Part shown: positions 35,058-48,000 of the stretch, piece by piece | Layout: the number at the start of each line of letters is the position of its first letter | Position numbering within the stretch: position 1 is the first letter of the stretch | Origin: Octopus vulgaris | Taxonomy: Eukaryota | Direction: 5' to 3' | Length of the DNA stretch: 64,000 nt | NCBI GenBank assembly: GCA_951406725.2 | Contig: OX597814.1 | Coordinates: 150,970,001-151,034,000 of the forward strand | Notes under the pieces: model-generated | What the model was told of the DNA's origin: nothing | Databases searched by the model: none | What the model saw: the letters and a program-made list of their open reading frames with translations, nothing else | Made by a program: the position numbers and the translations under genes

Positions 35058-35450
35058 TGGTGCAGGCGTGTCTGAGTGGAAAGAAGTTTACTTCACAATC
35101 TAATGGTTCCGGGCTCAGTCCCATTGCATGGCACCTTGGGCAAGTGTCTGCTCTTGTAGCCTCGGGCTGACCAAAGCCTTTTGAGTGGATTCGGTAGACT
35201 AAACTGAAAGAAGCCAGTCGTATAGATAGATAGATAGATTGATAGATACGAGTGAGTCTTTGTACCTATGTTTATCCCCACACCGTTTGACAACCGATGT
35301 TGGTGTGTTTACATCCCCGTGTCTAGCAGTTCATCAAAAGATATTGATAGAATAAGTACCAGGCTTTAAAAAATACTAGGGTTGATTCATTCAACTAAAA
35401 GCTCTTCAAGGCAGTGCCCCAGAATGGCCGCAGTCTAACGACTGAAACAA
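35058..35450 (+). mobile_element. SINE family A (older variant)
   Basis: Head, CACCTTGGGCAAG and 3' stem-loop present. Confidence 0.8.
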
Positions 35451-37175
35451 CCAATTGATAGAGGGTAAAACATGTCGGTTCGATCCCTAACCTAAGCTGC
35501 CAAAAAGGATCTCCCGATAGGTCTCACTTGAAAGTAAAAATGCATGTATGTATGTGTAGAATCTATCTATCTAAAAATAAATATTAATACAGAAGCTGGA
35601 AAAATTCACCAAGGACGTCAATCTTCTTTACTTCAGATTATCTGTTCACTAATCTTATATCGGGATCTACGAGATAGACCGAAAACTTCAAGTTGTGTAG
35701 AGGAATCGAGAATTAAACTGAATGCCCTTCGTGCTTTTCTGAAGTACTTTAGTAAATATGTGAAACTAAAATGATACTAGCAGATTTATAAAACGTTTCC
35801 GAGATTGAATAAAATACATCCTAACTACTCTTCACAAAACAATGACATTACAACAATTCTTTACTTTTAGCCTGAAAGTTGAGGGAAGTGTTAGTTTAAA
35901 TCATCAACCTCAGAATTTGACTGGTACTTTATCTTCTCGACCCCGTTAGAATAAAATTCAATTGTTTCTCATTCACAAAGAGTAGTTTCTTTGACCATGC
36001 AAACTATTAACAAATCATCTTCTTCATCTTTTGAGTATCTCTTTCTCATCGATAGCCACTAGTATGGCTTCCGAATAAGTAGAGTTAATCTAAACGAGAC
36101 TGCTTTTGTATACCACTGCCCAATCGTATAGCAGAGCAATCATCCTTGAGAACTTTAACGAAAACAATATCGCTGCTCCTCCACGTCAGTAAAGTTGTAT
36201 CTGACTGGAGAATATCCAAGCTATATTTTCTCTCTTACACTTTCATTTATATCTCAATTCTTAGAATGAAGACTCTCTGTCCGAATCTATAGTTACAATG
36301 TGAGATACTAGACTCCTCCCAATCTATACTTTGCTAGACCCAAATGTTTTGCTTGCATTTCCCACACTCTTCTGTACATTAATGACTTATTTTCTGGCAT
36401 TTCGAAACATCACAGAATCCCTTATCAACGACATCACTTTTCACTCCACATACCACGAAGATACTTTATTACAGACAATCACTATTTCCATGAAAAGAGA
36501 CTTCAAACACACTGTTCAGCTGTGATATAAACATCAACGGTTTTTCGCTCAACAGCCAAAAAACAAAACTAGTACACGTTGAAGAACCATTCTAGTACTT
36601 CACTCTTTCTCTCTCTCCTCTCTCTTCCTCTCTCTTTCTTTCTCTCTCCCCCTCTCTCTCTCCTTAGTTCCTCTCTATTTCTATTCTCTCTCTCTCTACT
36701 CATAAATCACACAATGATAGCGTTATGGTCGCTACAAACTCTAAACCTCACTCGTTCTGTCGATACCTTATTCCTAATTCACTTCTGTAACATTAACAAT
36801 GTCACCATTATACAAGGAATTCTTTCTGGAACCAGAAAATATTCCATACCTAATCAGGTACATACTCTCTACAAAGTACATGTAAGAGACGCATTAGAGT
36901 ACTAACCACACAAGTGATGATGGCAACGGAAAATGCCGAAACTGACGCGCCAGTCTTAAGAATTCAGTATTTTGGGGACAGTTATGGTCCCTGTTAGTAC
37001 ATGTTTTCATTCATGTACGTTAACCACAGTATTAGAGCCTTATAGGTCTTATTTCTAGCTATGTAGGGTTTTTTTAACACTCTAGTCACATTTAGTGACA
37101 ATTAGAATTCTCCCCTTGTTGGTGAAATATTGCAACCTGCTGTTTACATTAATTTTGTTTATATATATATATATA

Positions 37176-37500
37176 TGGCTCAGTGGTTAGAGCGTCGAGC
37201 TTACGATCGTGAGGTTGTGAGCTCGAATCCCGGACCGGGCTGCGTGTTGTGTTCTCGAGCAAGGCACTTTATTTCACGTTGCTCCAGTTCACTCAGCTGT
37301 AGAAATGAGTTGCGACGTCACAGGTGCCAAGCTGTATCGACCTTTGTCTTTCCCTTGGATAACACTGGTGGCGTGGAGAGGGGAGGCTGGTATGCATGGG
37401 CGACTGCTAGCCTTCCATAAACAACCTTGCCCGGACTTGTGTCTAGGAGGGTAACTTTCTAGGTGCAATCCCATGGTCATTCATGACCGAAGGGGGTCTT
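37176..37500 (+). mobile_element. tRNA-derived SINE family D
   Basis: TGGCTCAGTGG and GCTCGAATCCC boxes; central TTCACGTTGCTCCAGTTCACTCAGCTG shared with 43160-43410. Confidence 0.8.
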
Positions 37501-37624
37501 TACTCTTTATATATATATATATATATATATAACGTTATTATTCTGAGACTATACGTAGAAAGATCACAGAGGAAGCAATTCAGCTGACTAGTAACGAATC
37601 ATTCAACACGTTCTAAATATGCTT

Positions 37625-38002
37625 TAGGTGCAGTCGTGGCCGTGTGGTAAGAAGTTTCCTTCCTAACCACCTAGTTCCGAGTTCAGTCGCACTGCGTGGT
37701 CAAGTGTCTTCTACCAATAGTATCGCGCTGACCAAAGCCGTGTGAGCTGATTTGGTAGACGGAAACTGAAAGAAGCCCGTTGTATATGTGTGTGTGTCTG
37801 TATATTTGCGCGTGCTCGCGTCTTTGTACTTGTGTATGTCTTCCACAGCCGCTAGACAACCGTTGATCTATTTACACCCCTGTAACTTAGCGATTTGGCA
37901 AAAGATACTGATGTGAGTCAGTTTGTTCGATTAAATTGTTTCACGACAGTGCCCCCAGCATGATCAAAGTCTAATGACTGAAACAAATAAAGATAAAAGA
38001 AA
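37625..38002 (+). mobile_element. SINE family A (diverged)
   Basis: Colinear with other copies. Confidence 0.8.
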
Positions 38003-38816
38003 ATTTAGGTTGGAGCTTCTTTCTATGATTCTTCTACCGTTACGCCCTCGACTTTTCTCGTCTAGCTAGTTGTATACCATTTTTGTACCATATCCATCCA
38101 ATGCTTAGGTCTCTGTCGTCATCCACATTGTGCATCGTCTATCAACTTATATTTCATTGTATTTCTCAAGTGTGTAAAGGAAGTAGTTCCTTTTTGCTTT
38201 ATTAGCGGTATTATTGCTTTATTGCTGGTACACCATTTATTTTACCAAAACGCATAAAGAAAGAAATGGCTAATGCTTATTTCGATTTATCATATACTCA
38301 AAGTTTTCTTGAACTCACATCTGATCTGGTGATAATAATTTGACCATAAGTTTATAAAAAATTTTAATTTTGATAGTAGTCGGTGGAATACTGCTTTTGT
38401 AAAAATGATAGTACACCGAGCTAAATACTTTGCTGAATTTACTTTCATTCTATGTTCTGAATTGGAACCTGATACAGTTTAGTTGTCGTTAAATCGCTCG
38501 CAATTCGAGAATAAGAAATCCGGAGAATCAAAAATATATAAGTCCAGTTAACTACTAAAACTCTTTTTCACAGTATTATGTCGTTCAAAATTATTCTATA
38601 TTCCTGCTATTTACATTATTTTTTTCTGCTCATTCTTTAACCACATTTAATGTGAAGATATGATGGAATGCTGTGACAAACATTTCTTTGTAGGAGTGTC
38701 AAGGACTAACTAACATAATGTGTCCTTCCCTTTTTAAAATGTTAGAGAGTAATTTCAAGATTTGGTCGCTATGTCTACAAGGAAGAGCAACTGCAAGAAG
38801 GCACACATACATACGC

Positions 38817-38864
<48 letters not shown>

Positions 38865-38867
<3 letters not shown>

Positions 38868-39060
38868 ATTATAACAATGGGGGTCTTTGCAACAAGTTGC
38901 TAGACCACATACATATGTAGTCTAGCAACTTGTTGCAAATACTCTCATTGTTATAATTATATATAATTTTACCGAATATGGTCCTTTTCCATACCGAAAT
39001 ACTACTTGGTGAAATTTGGTGATTTTATTAAATTAATTATATTTCACCCTTTATCTGTAT

Positions 39061-39062
<2 letters not shown>
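38865..39062. repeat. Short fold-back insertion in (TA)n
   Basis: ~47-bp arms 38865-38911 / 38913-38960 plus a one-sided ~100 bp extension. Confidence 0.8.
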
Positions 39063-39127
<65 letters not shown>

Positions 39128-39249
39128 AAGCGTTCAATGACCTTACATAATGTCTGTTAAGGGTCCACGTATCACGTGAGTAAAGCAGCGATGTTAGCTC
39201 ACACACATGGTACACAACAACTTCTGTTTGCCTTTCGATGCCTTGTTAG

Positions 39250-39820
39250 AATCAGACACTAAATTTGAGAGCCCTGAAGGAATCAGTTTACTTTTGAAAC
39301 CTTACAGATATTCCATCAATGTCTTGAGGGGAACCGACATCCTGAGCATTGCGACAATGATACACAAGCACTGATTGCGCTGGACTGGACACATTGTTCG
39401 TATGAATAATCAGAATATCCCTAAATGGTGAATTTGTTTGTGGAAAGCGTTCCCAGCAAAAACCAATACTACGATTTAAGGATTGCATGAATTCCTTGTT
39501 AAAGGCATGTAAAATATAGAAAGTCAATCGGGAAAGCAATATGTGTCATCGGCGCTAGTGTAGGAAGCGATTAAAGGAAGGAGTGGGTATTTTTGAAGAA
39601 ACGCGTATTTTATATAATGAACTGAAATGAACTGCTTGGAAACGCGCGGCTAACGTAGTGAATGCGAGATATTTCGTCAGTAATATCTGCAGACGTTTAT
39701 GACTATCAAGAGTGGGGATCATTAGTTACCAGGAGAGTCACAAGTGTAAAGTAGAATTTTGCCTCAGTGTTCTCCGTAATCAGTGATAGTATTTTCTAGT
39801 CACGAGAGGATAACCATCAG
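39250..39820 (+). mobile_element. RTE-clade LINE 3' fossil
   Basis: SIATMIHKH*LRWTGHIVRMNNQNIPK..GKRSQQKPILRFKD matches the RTE/BovB-type C-terminus; followed by (GACA/GATA)n at ~39820-39932. Confidence 0.7.
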
Positions 39821-39859
39821 CAGACAAATAGACTGACAGACAGATAGACAGATAGACAT

Positions 39860-39932
<73 letters not shown>

Positions 39933-41360
39933 AATAACTTTTTCGGGGAGATGAAACACTACTCAGCTACAAATGATAATAAAATTGTATTAATAAATTT
40001 AATCAAATATTTGCCACATATCTGTGGTTCCCTTGTAAATTAAACACAAAATTCAAATGTACTTATATGCTTGTTGTTACTTGAATCTCCTCCAGTTTTA
40101 TAGGTTATAAACTTTGACACAAATAATTTTGTGAGGTGAAGAATATTCAATTTGACTTTGTTTAATTGTACTGTCAATAATTAAAGTGGAAATAGGCTAA
40201 CAAATACTTCATCTCGTAACTATATATACAATACTATGTTTTTCATCGATTTTGGACAAGATGTAATATAATGGAGATTTTAATTAAAATTTCTTAGTTG
40301 GTTCATATCATAAGTGTTGTTTATAGAAGAGCACGAGGGATTTGGCTATATCCCTTTCAGCTGAACTTTCGTAACTCATGTTTCGTTTTTCTATAATTTG
40401 ATTTTTTTCAATCTGTTGTTTGTCCAGTACTATCGAATCTAGAAGTGTTTCAAAGAATTTAACCTCTGCATATAAGCTCAAGGCACTAAGAATTTAGTCA
40501 ACTCCAAAACATAGTCTATATTAATGTTGACGCATGAAAAAAAAATCCAACGAAATAATATGGAAGAGATGATCCAGGTAAATTGCTTTTGGTAACTCAC
40601 TTTATATATGGGATATTTATGTTTATTTAATTATTTAGTAATACAGAAGTTTTGATTTTTTATCAAGTCTTTCAGATGCTTGAAGTATCGAATACCTTTG
40701 CTGATTTACTCAAGGGTTTTATAGATGTTTAAAATATACAATTTATGTCCGTAATTTTGTTTGATAAATATTCAATACCAGCTGCTTCAGGGAATCTGTT
40801 TCAGTAAATATACCGATTGTTAATTAATAGAAAATGTAATTTTTTTATATTCAATACTACACGCTACTGGGTAGTAGATTAGTGAAAACTTTGGATTAAA
40901 TACATTATGGTGTCTCTTTTCGTTCTGTGTTCCATTCCCAATGATGTCTACTTTCCTTATCGAGTTCCCGAGTTTGATTAAACAGTTTCTAGTCGTGTAC
41001 TGAAGGCAATATATTCGAATATACCCGACTAAGTATGTACGGTGTACTGAATTTATAAATCATGTTTACATATTCCAGGAAATAAAAATCAACAGATTAT
41101 AATCTCATAATTCCTGAGATTATTTAGACTTCTGGATTAATCACAGCTTTAATTCTTGATATAACAGAATGGATATTTGAGTTGTTTAAAATATCATTTC
41201 GGTGTCTTAGCTGATAAAAGGCAAATATCATAATTTAAATATGAGTCGGAATATTGCTAGTTTCGCCGCGATAATACAGCTCTATGTCGTTTTCTTTTTA
41301 AAGAAAAAACTGTGGGATATATGCTTGATAATGAAAAGGCAACTTCCTGAAAGATATGCC

Positions 41361-42279
41361 GGATCTTTTCCTTTTGGTCGGCAGGTCGAGAAAATGATTT
41401 TTTTTTAACTAAACACTTTCAAACTTCGGATACTAGAAGAATGTGTCATATAGAATATCTTTTACTATTAGCGTTGTTGAGAAAACTTCAACCAATCAAT
41501 GATGTGTATTCAACTGAATAAAATTACTGCCTTTGTTTGTCAACAACTTCCGGCGGTGGATATTTCGTTTGACACTGTTATTTATGACATATTTCATTTC
41601 AGTTACGTTCGTATGAATAAACGAGTATATCTGAAGCATGTTTAATTCATGACACCACCATAATTGTTCGTGTATTTCTACTGCTTTTAGGGTTTTTTTC
41701 CTGTTTTTCAGCTACTTTTTCGGAAAGACTCCGCCCCCTCCCACGATTTTCTCGCAAATTATTGTTTATTTATTTATTTTGCCAAATACCCAGCTTTTCG
41801 GATATAAAGATTCCGGGAAATTACCAAAAATCGGAATGTTGAAACTTTTTGGCCCACTTACCCCTCCCCACTCCAATTTCTTCATTTTTCACTTTTTTCC
41901 GTAACCCTAACCCTAAAACCCCAACCCTGACCCTAACCCTAAAACCCTAACCCTAACCCTAACCCCCTAAAGCTAAAACCAGTACAAACGCACGAACGAT
42001 GTCATAAATAACAGTTACAAACGAAATATATACCGCCGATAGTTGTTGTTGAGAAACAACAGCAGTAATTTTATTCAGCTCAATAGACGTCATTGATTGG
42101 TTGAAATTACCGAAATGCGACAACTTTAACACGAAATAACTTCGTAAATAGAAACTTTTCTCAGCAACGCTACGAGTAAAAGATATTCTATATGACACAT
42201 TCTACCAGTATACGAAGTTTCAAAGTGTTTAGTTAAAGAAAATTAATTTATCGAGCTACCCATGAAAAGGAAAAGATCC
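41361..42279 (-). mobile_element. Second copy of the telomere-repeat TIR element (opposite orientation)
   Basis: Ends GGATCTTTTCC / GAAAAGATCC; TSD GATATGCC (41353-60, 42280-87); (CCCTAA)n at 41902-41970. Confidence 0.9.
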
Positions 42280-43159
42280 GATATGCCATTCTACTTAATA
42301 TACTCTAAAACTGAGTGTCAAGTATGTAATGAATTTTTTTTCTGACTTCTAAGTTGCAGTCATGAAAAAACAATAATATCATTGTTTAGAAGAAGAGGAT
42401 TTTCACTTTATGAAGATAAGCAAGTTCAGGTTTTGTACTTTAGGCTTCATTCCATTATTTCTCGACCTAAATATTGGTATGTCCCCCAGCAAGTTTTCGA
42501 TAACATCTTCTGACTTGTTCTCACTTGTTTACATTCAGATTCACGGCTGTGTTTTTTTTTCCGTTTTCTAAATGTATTGCTTCATTTCTTTTTGACATGC
42601 GCTGTCGTTTACAATCTCTGTCTATTTAGCGCTGAGATTTATTTGAAACTTATTGTTTTTAATCCTCACAATTAATCTTTAAAAAACATTCTATTATAGA
42701 TAGTAGCATTATTTAGGTAGATGCTATTGTGTGGCATGTCTATACACAGCTCTAAGAGTACAGAGGAAATAATGAGTTTTGGTACGGCGAAAATGCTGCT
42801 TCGCTTCTCACATATTTTCCCATGGTAGTGACAGAAATGCTCTCATCTTTATCGTGTGAATGAAATAAAAGTGGAATTTCGAATTAAAATTTTTCTTCAT
42901 CTCTCGAGTGGTAGAATGTGAATCCTTTGTAAAAAGTAAATTGATTTCACTCACATCTATATAATACATTAAAACAAATATGTTAGTTTTATACATTACC
43001 TGATTAATGATTCTTTTTCTGAAATTTTATATATTCATTCAATCTAAGACCTAATATGGGTATATAAGAAAAATCTTCACTGACGATGTTTTGGTAAGAC
43101 TGAATTCGGAGTGATCACTGTATTTACCAAATAAAACTCATATCACACAAAATAAAATA

Positions 43160-43410
43160 AATAAATAAATGCGCTCTTTTAATGCCTAGTCACGCTCATG
43201 GGCCCGGTTTCCCGGTTTCAATGGCGTACATGTTACCCAGCTGGACGGGACGCCAGTCCATCGCAGCGTTACTCATTTTTGCCAGCTGAGTGAACTGGAG
43301 CAACGTGAACTGAAGTGTTTTGCTCAAGAACACAACGCGTCGCCCGGTCCAGGAATCGAAACCACAATCTTACGATCATGATGCTGGCACCACTAAGTCA
43401 CGCGCCTCCA
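43160..43410 (-). mobile_element. tRNA-derived SINE family D relative (Meta/V-SINE-like body)
   Basis: GTTTCGATTCC B box; CTGCGATGGACTGGCGTCCCGTCCAG; (TTTA)n tail. Confidence 0.78.
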
Positions 43411-44785
43411 TAATTACACAAAATGCACTCATTTAATTTTTAATCAATTTAGATTTACGTGTTGTCTTTCATTCTTTTCTTGACAATCTTCATTAACGCT
43501 CATTAACTTTTTTTCTGTAACAGGTGTAAATTTTACTAATTAAGATTTTTCACTACATTGAGTATGTTAGCCTTCACTTAACTATATGGTAGCTATCGGT
43601 TTATCATACTAGGAACTCTGTCAGAAACACATAAAGACGAGACATATTGGCGATGCAATCTGAAGATGATTGGAGAAATGCCTTAAAATTTATCGCCCTC
43701 TTTTATAGATAGTTTAACGCCAATCAGGAGACGCCGATATATTTTTATACCATGATTGAAATCGTGATAGAATCAAAAGAAGATAGCTGTAGTTGTAAGA
43801 TTTTAAACATGTCTATTTTTCTAAAGTCTACTGTTGTCACGTATCCTAAAGAGATTGGGTGCAGTACTAGGGTTAACTAGCAGGACTTACTACTGCTAAT
43901 GGAACTGTCAAAACAAACTTCATTTGAAATTGTCGTCCAACTAAGTTACATTTTCAATTTGTTTTTCTAAATTAGTTTCTTCTAGTGTGTGTGTGTTTAA
44001 TTGATTTGTCTTTTGAATGGAATTTATATGTGCATGCAGAGTGTGAGTGTTGTGTGTGTGTGTTTGAATAAACTTGAGAGGCGAAAAATTACTGTCACTC
44101 CCTAAATGTCACAAATTTGATTCAACAAACAGTAAATGTTATTTCTCATCACTCTATAACTTTAGTGTGCGCGCGTGTGTGTGGGTGTGTGTGTGTGATG
44201 ATAAACGTCAACTAGAAACAATAAAAATACGAGAAATAACTTGCAGAAATGCTGTTTTTCAGTAGACGATATAATCGACTGGACCCCCAACCCCAACTTC
44301 CAAAAATAAAATTTCAGGTTTTGTACTTATTTTTATAGTCTACAATACTCTTCAATATGCAGAAGACGTTCGGTTTTGTAGGACTGCACGTCTTAGAAAT
44401 TTCGTTGTCCGGAAATTAATGGTCTGCGATTCTCACAGGAATATTAAACTCTTTTCTTTATTAACCACGTAGCTTTAAATAGAGAGAGGACGAAAACAAG
44501 GACTGGCATACAGACAAGGGGTCAGGGATAGAATGGAGTTGACATAATGTAATTTAAAAATTACAAAAAAATTACAAAATCGAATATTGACAAAGAAAAA
44601 GAATCGAATGCTTAAAATGAAGCGGAGGACGTAGGTGACCCCACTGAAGACTTTATTTTTTTTCCTTTCCTGTTCTCGCTTAAACAGATTCTTTCATTCT
44701 CAACACACTTGCCACAAACTTTCATCTTTTCCGAAACACACCGTGCGACAGGCATTTCTTCTCCAGCCTTTTTTTTTTTTTTCAT

Positions 44786-45048
44786 ATGGAAAAGGAAAAA
44801 GTCAACCAACCTAAGGCTGGAGATAAAAATGCCAGTCACAATCCCTTTCACTCTCGTCTTCCACACTACCTCTTTCGCGATAGCTATTACCGAGAAAACA
44901 GGCCTGCTCCTCCCTGTTAAGGAAGAAAGGAAAGTTAAACTGAACCATGAAGATTGCAATGTGAAACTCCACATTTATAACCTAAATGACCTGAATCAAA
45001 ACGTACGCACAGATTTAAGCCTCTATTATCCTTTTAGACTCACAAATG
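44786..45048 (+). other. Candidate first coding exon of an unidentified gene (needs a 1-nt frameshift at 44912-44914, or starts at the later ATG of MPVTIP)
   Basis: Unique, non-microsatellite sequence ending in a consensus donor G|GTAAGT at 45048/45049. Confidence 0.3.
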
Positions 45049-48000
45049 GTAAGTGTAACTTTTTTTGCTTACTTTTTTTTTACTTTATCCACTAAACTAA
45101 CACCGCGACAAAAAGTAGATGTAGTCTTTTCTGAATCTAGTGTGGCAGTAATCCTTTGATGTGGGTTCGAGATGGTATGATGAACGATATCCTTTCTAGC
45201 CTGCGCACAAACTCTATACTTCCTGAACCTATCTTACGAACAACCTTCGGGCTGCATCCACCATATTTACGGATGAAATCTATTTGATCGCACGAATCCT
45301 TTCGAGACAGTGCTTATAGCATGGCTGCAATTCAATAGTTAAAACAAGTATCAGAATAAAAGAGTTTATACACGTATGTTTTTAAAACACACACACCTTA
45401 TATATATGATTTTGTTATGAGGGCTCTTAAAAATCAGAGTGCATCAACCTATAAGACATGAGAAATGACTAAGTACGATAAGAAAGTGTTCACAGTAAAA
45501 TAAACATTTAGAAATTCGAAAGTTGATAAGATACGCAAGCATCAAATCCAATTCATATCTACAAATCCAACTCAAGAGTGGGGGTATATATATATGCATC
45601 CACACGAACATATACACATATTTTTCTACTATAGTCACAAGGCCTGAAACTCAACTGATATTTATTTTATCGATACCGAAAAGGATACAAAGCAAAGTTG
45701 ATCTCGGCGGAATTTGATCTCGGAACGTAAAAACGGACGAAATGCTGCTAAGCAATTTGTCCGGCGAGCTAACGGTTCTACCATCTCGCCGCGTTATGTA
45801 TATACATATATTATAATATATGGAAACAAAAACTGGCATTTGTGGTATTATTTTTAATTCTGTTGTTGCAATTGTTTCATTATAACATGGAAAGTACGGC
45901 TCAAAAATGTAATCTGTTTTATATACGGCATATTAAGAGAGAGAGAGAGAGATGTATAGGTACATTAATACACATATTTATACACGAATGCATACATACG
46001 TGTGTGTGTGTGTTGATGAGTTTGGTAACTTGCCTCTTTCTCATTTGAACCGAGTTCACTACAGCTTTTCAGTTCCTGTCAGTAACTGTTCCGCTTACGA
46101 CAATCCGATAATGATCACAAGAAGAGCATCAATATCTGCCTTATTGCTACGTGTTCCTTTTATATTGTTAGTGCTGAATATAAACTAATTTGTTTCTCTG
46201 CCACAACTGATGCTCTGTCATGCTACCCATATTTTATTATCGGCATTGATGTAATGATACAAGTCGAATACATTGTATATTACATGACAGCCAAACACCA
46301 TAAATGGCTCTTGGGTGTCAATTAAGAGAAAGATGCAAAGTAAGCGTAAGAAAGGTTGATTGTGGTGTCATCAATCTTTGAGAGAACTGGACAGATTCAC
46401 AAACGGTCAAGTAGTTTGGACAATCATAGAGTGAAGAATTTCATTGCTTCGAAATCAAATGACTGCGTCATGGAAGCATAAATGCTAGAAGAGATTGTGT
46501 TCAGCCCAACAGATATACAGATTTCAACATTTTTCTCGATGCAGCATTGTCTTTGATCACACGTATTCCATTGATGTTCATCCTATGTTTCTAATGCTAT
46601 CAAAGATTAAGATGACGTAACGTTATATCCTTCCCTTCTCTAACATGATTACGATGTTATTTATGGGAGATCCAGATTCTATATCTACCAGGTCGAGCAG
46701 CTGCATAGGGGCTTTCCATGAGCTGAGTTTCCTTGACAATTGTTAATGATGAACTCATTATATGAAAACTTCGTATCAGAAAACATTTTCTTTCTTGATT
46801 ATTCTATATTCCGTACCTTATGATAGTCATCACACCGTCTGTTGCAGTTTACACCCATACCAGTTAAGGCAGTAGAGCTCTCATGATTGCATGGTACCTA
46901 AAATAAGTATATGCCGGTGTGTACTATTATCTAAATTCAACACAATACTCTCCTACAAACTAAGCTAATTTCTTTTCACGGTCACCATCTAGAATTGATA
47001 AAATTCGTTATAATGCCTTCTGCTATAGGCACGGGGACTAGACTTTTGAGTAGGGAATAGTTGATTACACTGACCCAAGTTCATGACCAATACTGTATTT
47101 TATCGACCTCTAAAGACTGAAAGGTAATGTTGACGGGTCTTTTATTTTATCGTACTCGAAATATTGGAAGACAAGGATGACCTTGCAAGTATTTGAACTC
47201 ACAGAGAAAGGTTTCATTTCAAATAATTTTTTTTTATTTTATTGCCATTCATACATGTTATAAAAAGTGGTTAAAAAGACAAGTGGGGATGTATATAATT
47301 TGTGTATTATTATGATATTATCATTATTATAATAACAAAGGAGGTGGGCCAGGCAAAATTCTTAGCGGCATCTCGCCTGTCTGCGTTCTGAGTTCAAATT
47401 CCATCGAGGTCGACTTTGCCTTTTATCCTTTTGGGATCGATAAAATTAGTGCCAGTTGAACACTGGGGTCGATGTAATCAACTTTTCCCCTTCCCCTCAA
47501 AATTTCAGGCATGGTTCCTATAATAGAATATTATAACATCATCATACAAGAAAATACTTTTAAAAAAAAGAACAGGGAGAAAGGCATCATGCAGTAATTA
47601 GAAACATTAACTAATTCAATTTACACCCGAACAACTTCTAAAAAGTATTTGAAACCATTTTGTATTTAAGTAACCTATTTAGTAATGGCAGTAGGAATTC
47701 TGAAAGCGTAGTCACCAAAGTAAAATGAATTAGTTCAGGAAGCAATTACCTCTCTTGGAACAAAGAGTTTTTCTCCCAGAGTGAAAAGCAGCTTGCATGA
47801 TGCTTTTCGACGAACTTTAATTTCCCGCGAATACAGAGAATTTGAGAAAACTAGAGAGCAAGCATGAACCACCGCATATGTACTGTTAGTGTGTATGAAC
47901 TGCGGAGTAAACGTAAGCTAAGAGCAAAACTGAATTTAAGAGGTACTCTATTTAGTGTGAAAGAGAGAAGACTATTCCGATACGAGCATGTGATGTGTGT

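Noticed and set aside
35990-36560. Very old RTE-like fossil on the minus strand (GNASKTFG); similar hint at 46050-46960
   Set aside because: Only weak motif resemblance
41902-41970. True telomere or chromosome fusion site
   Set aside because: Short degenerate array inside a TSD-flanked transposon
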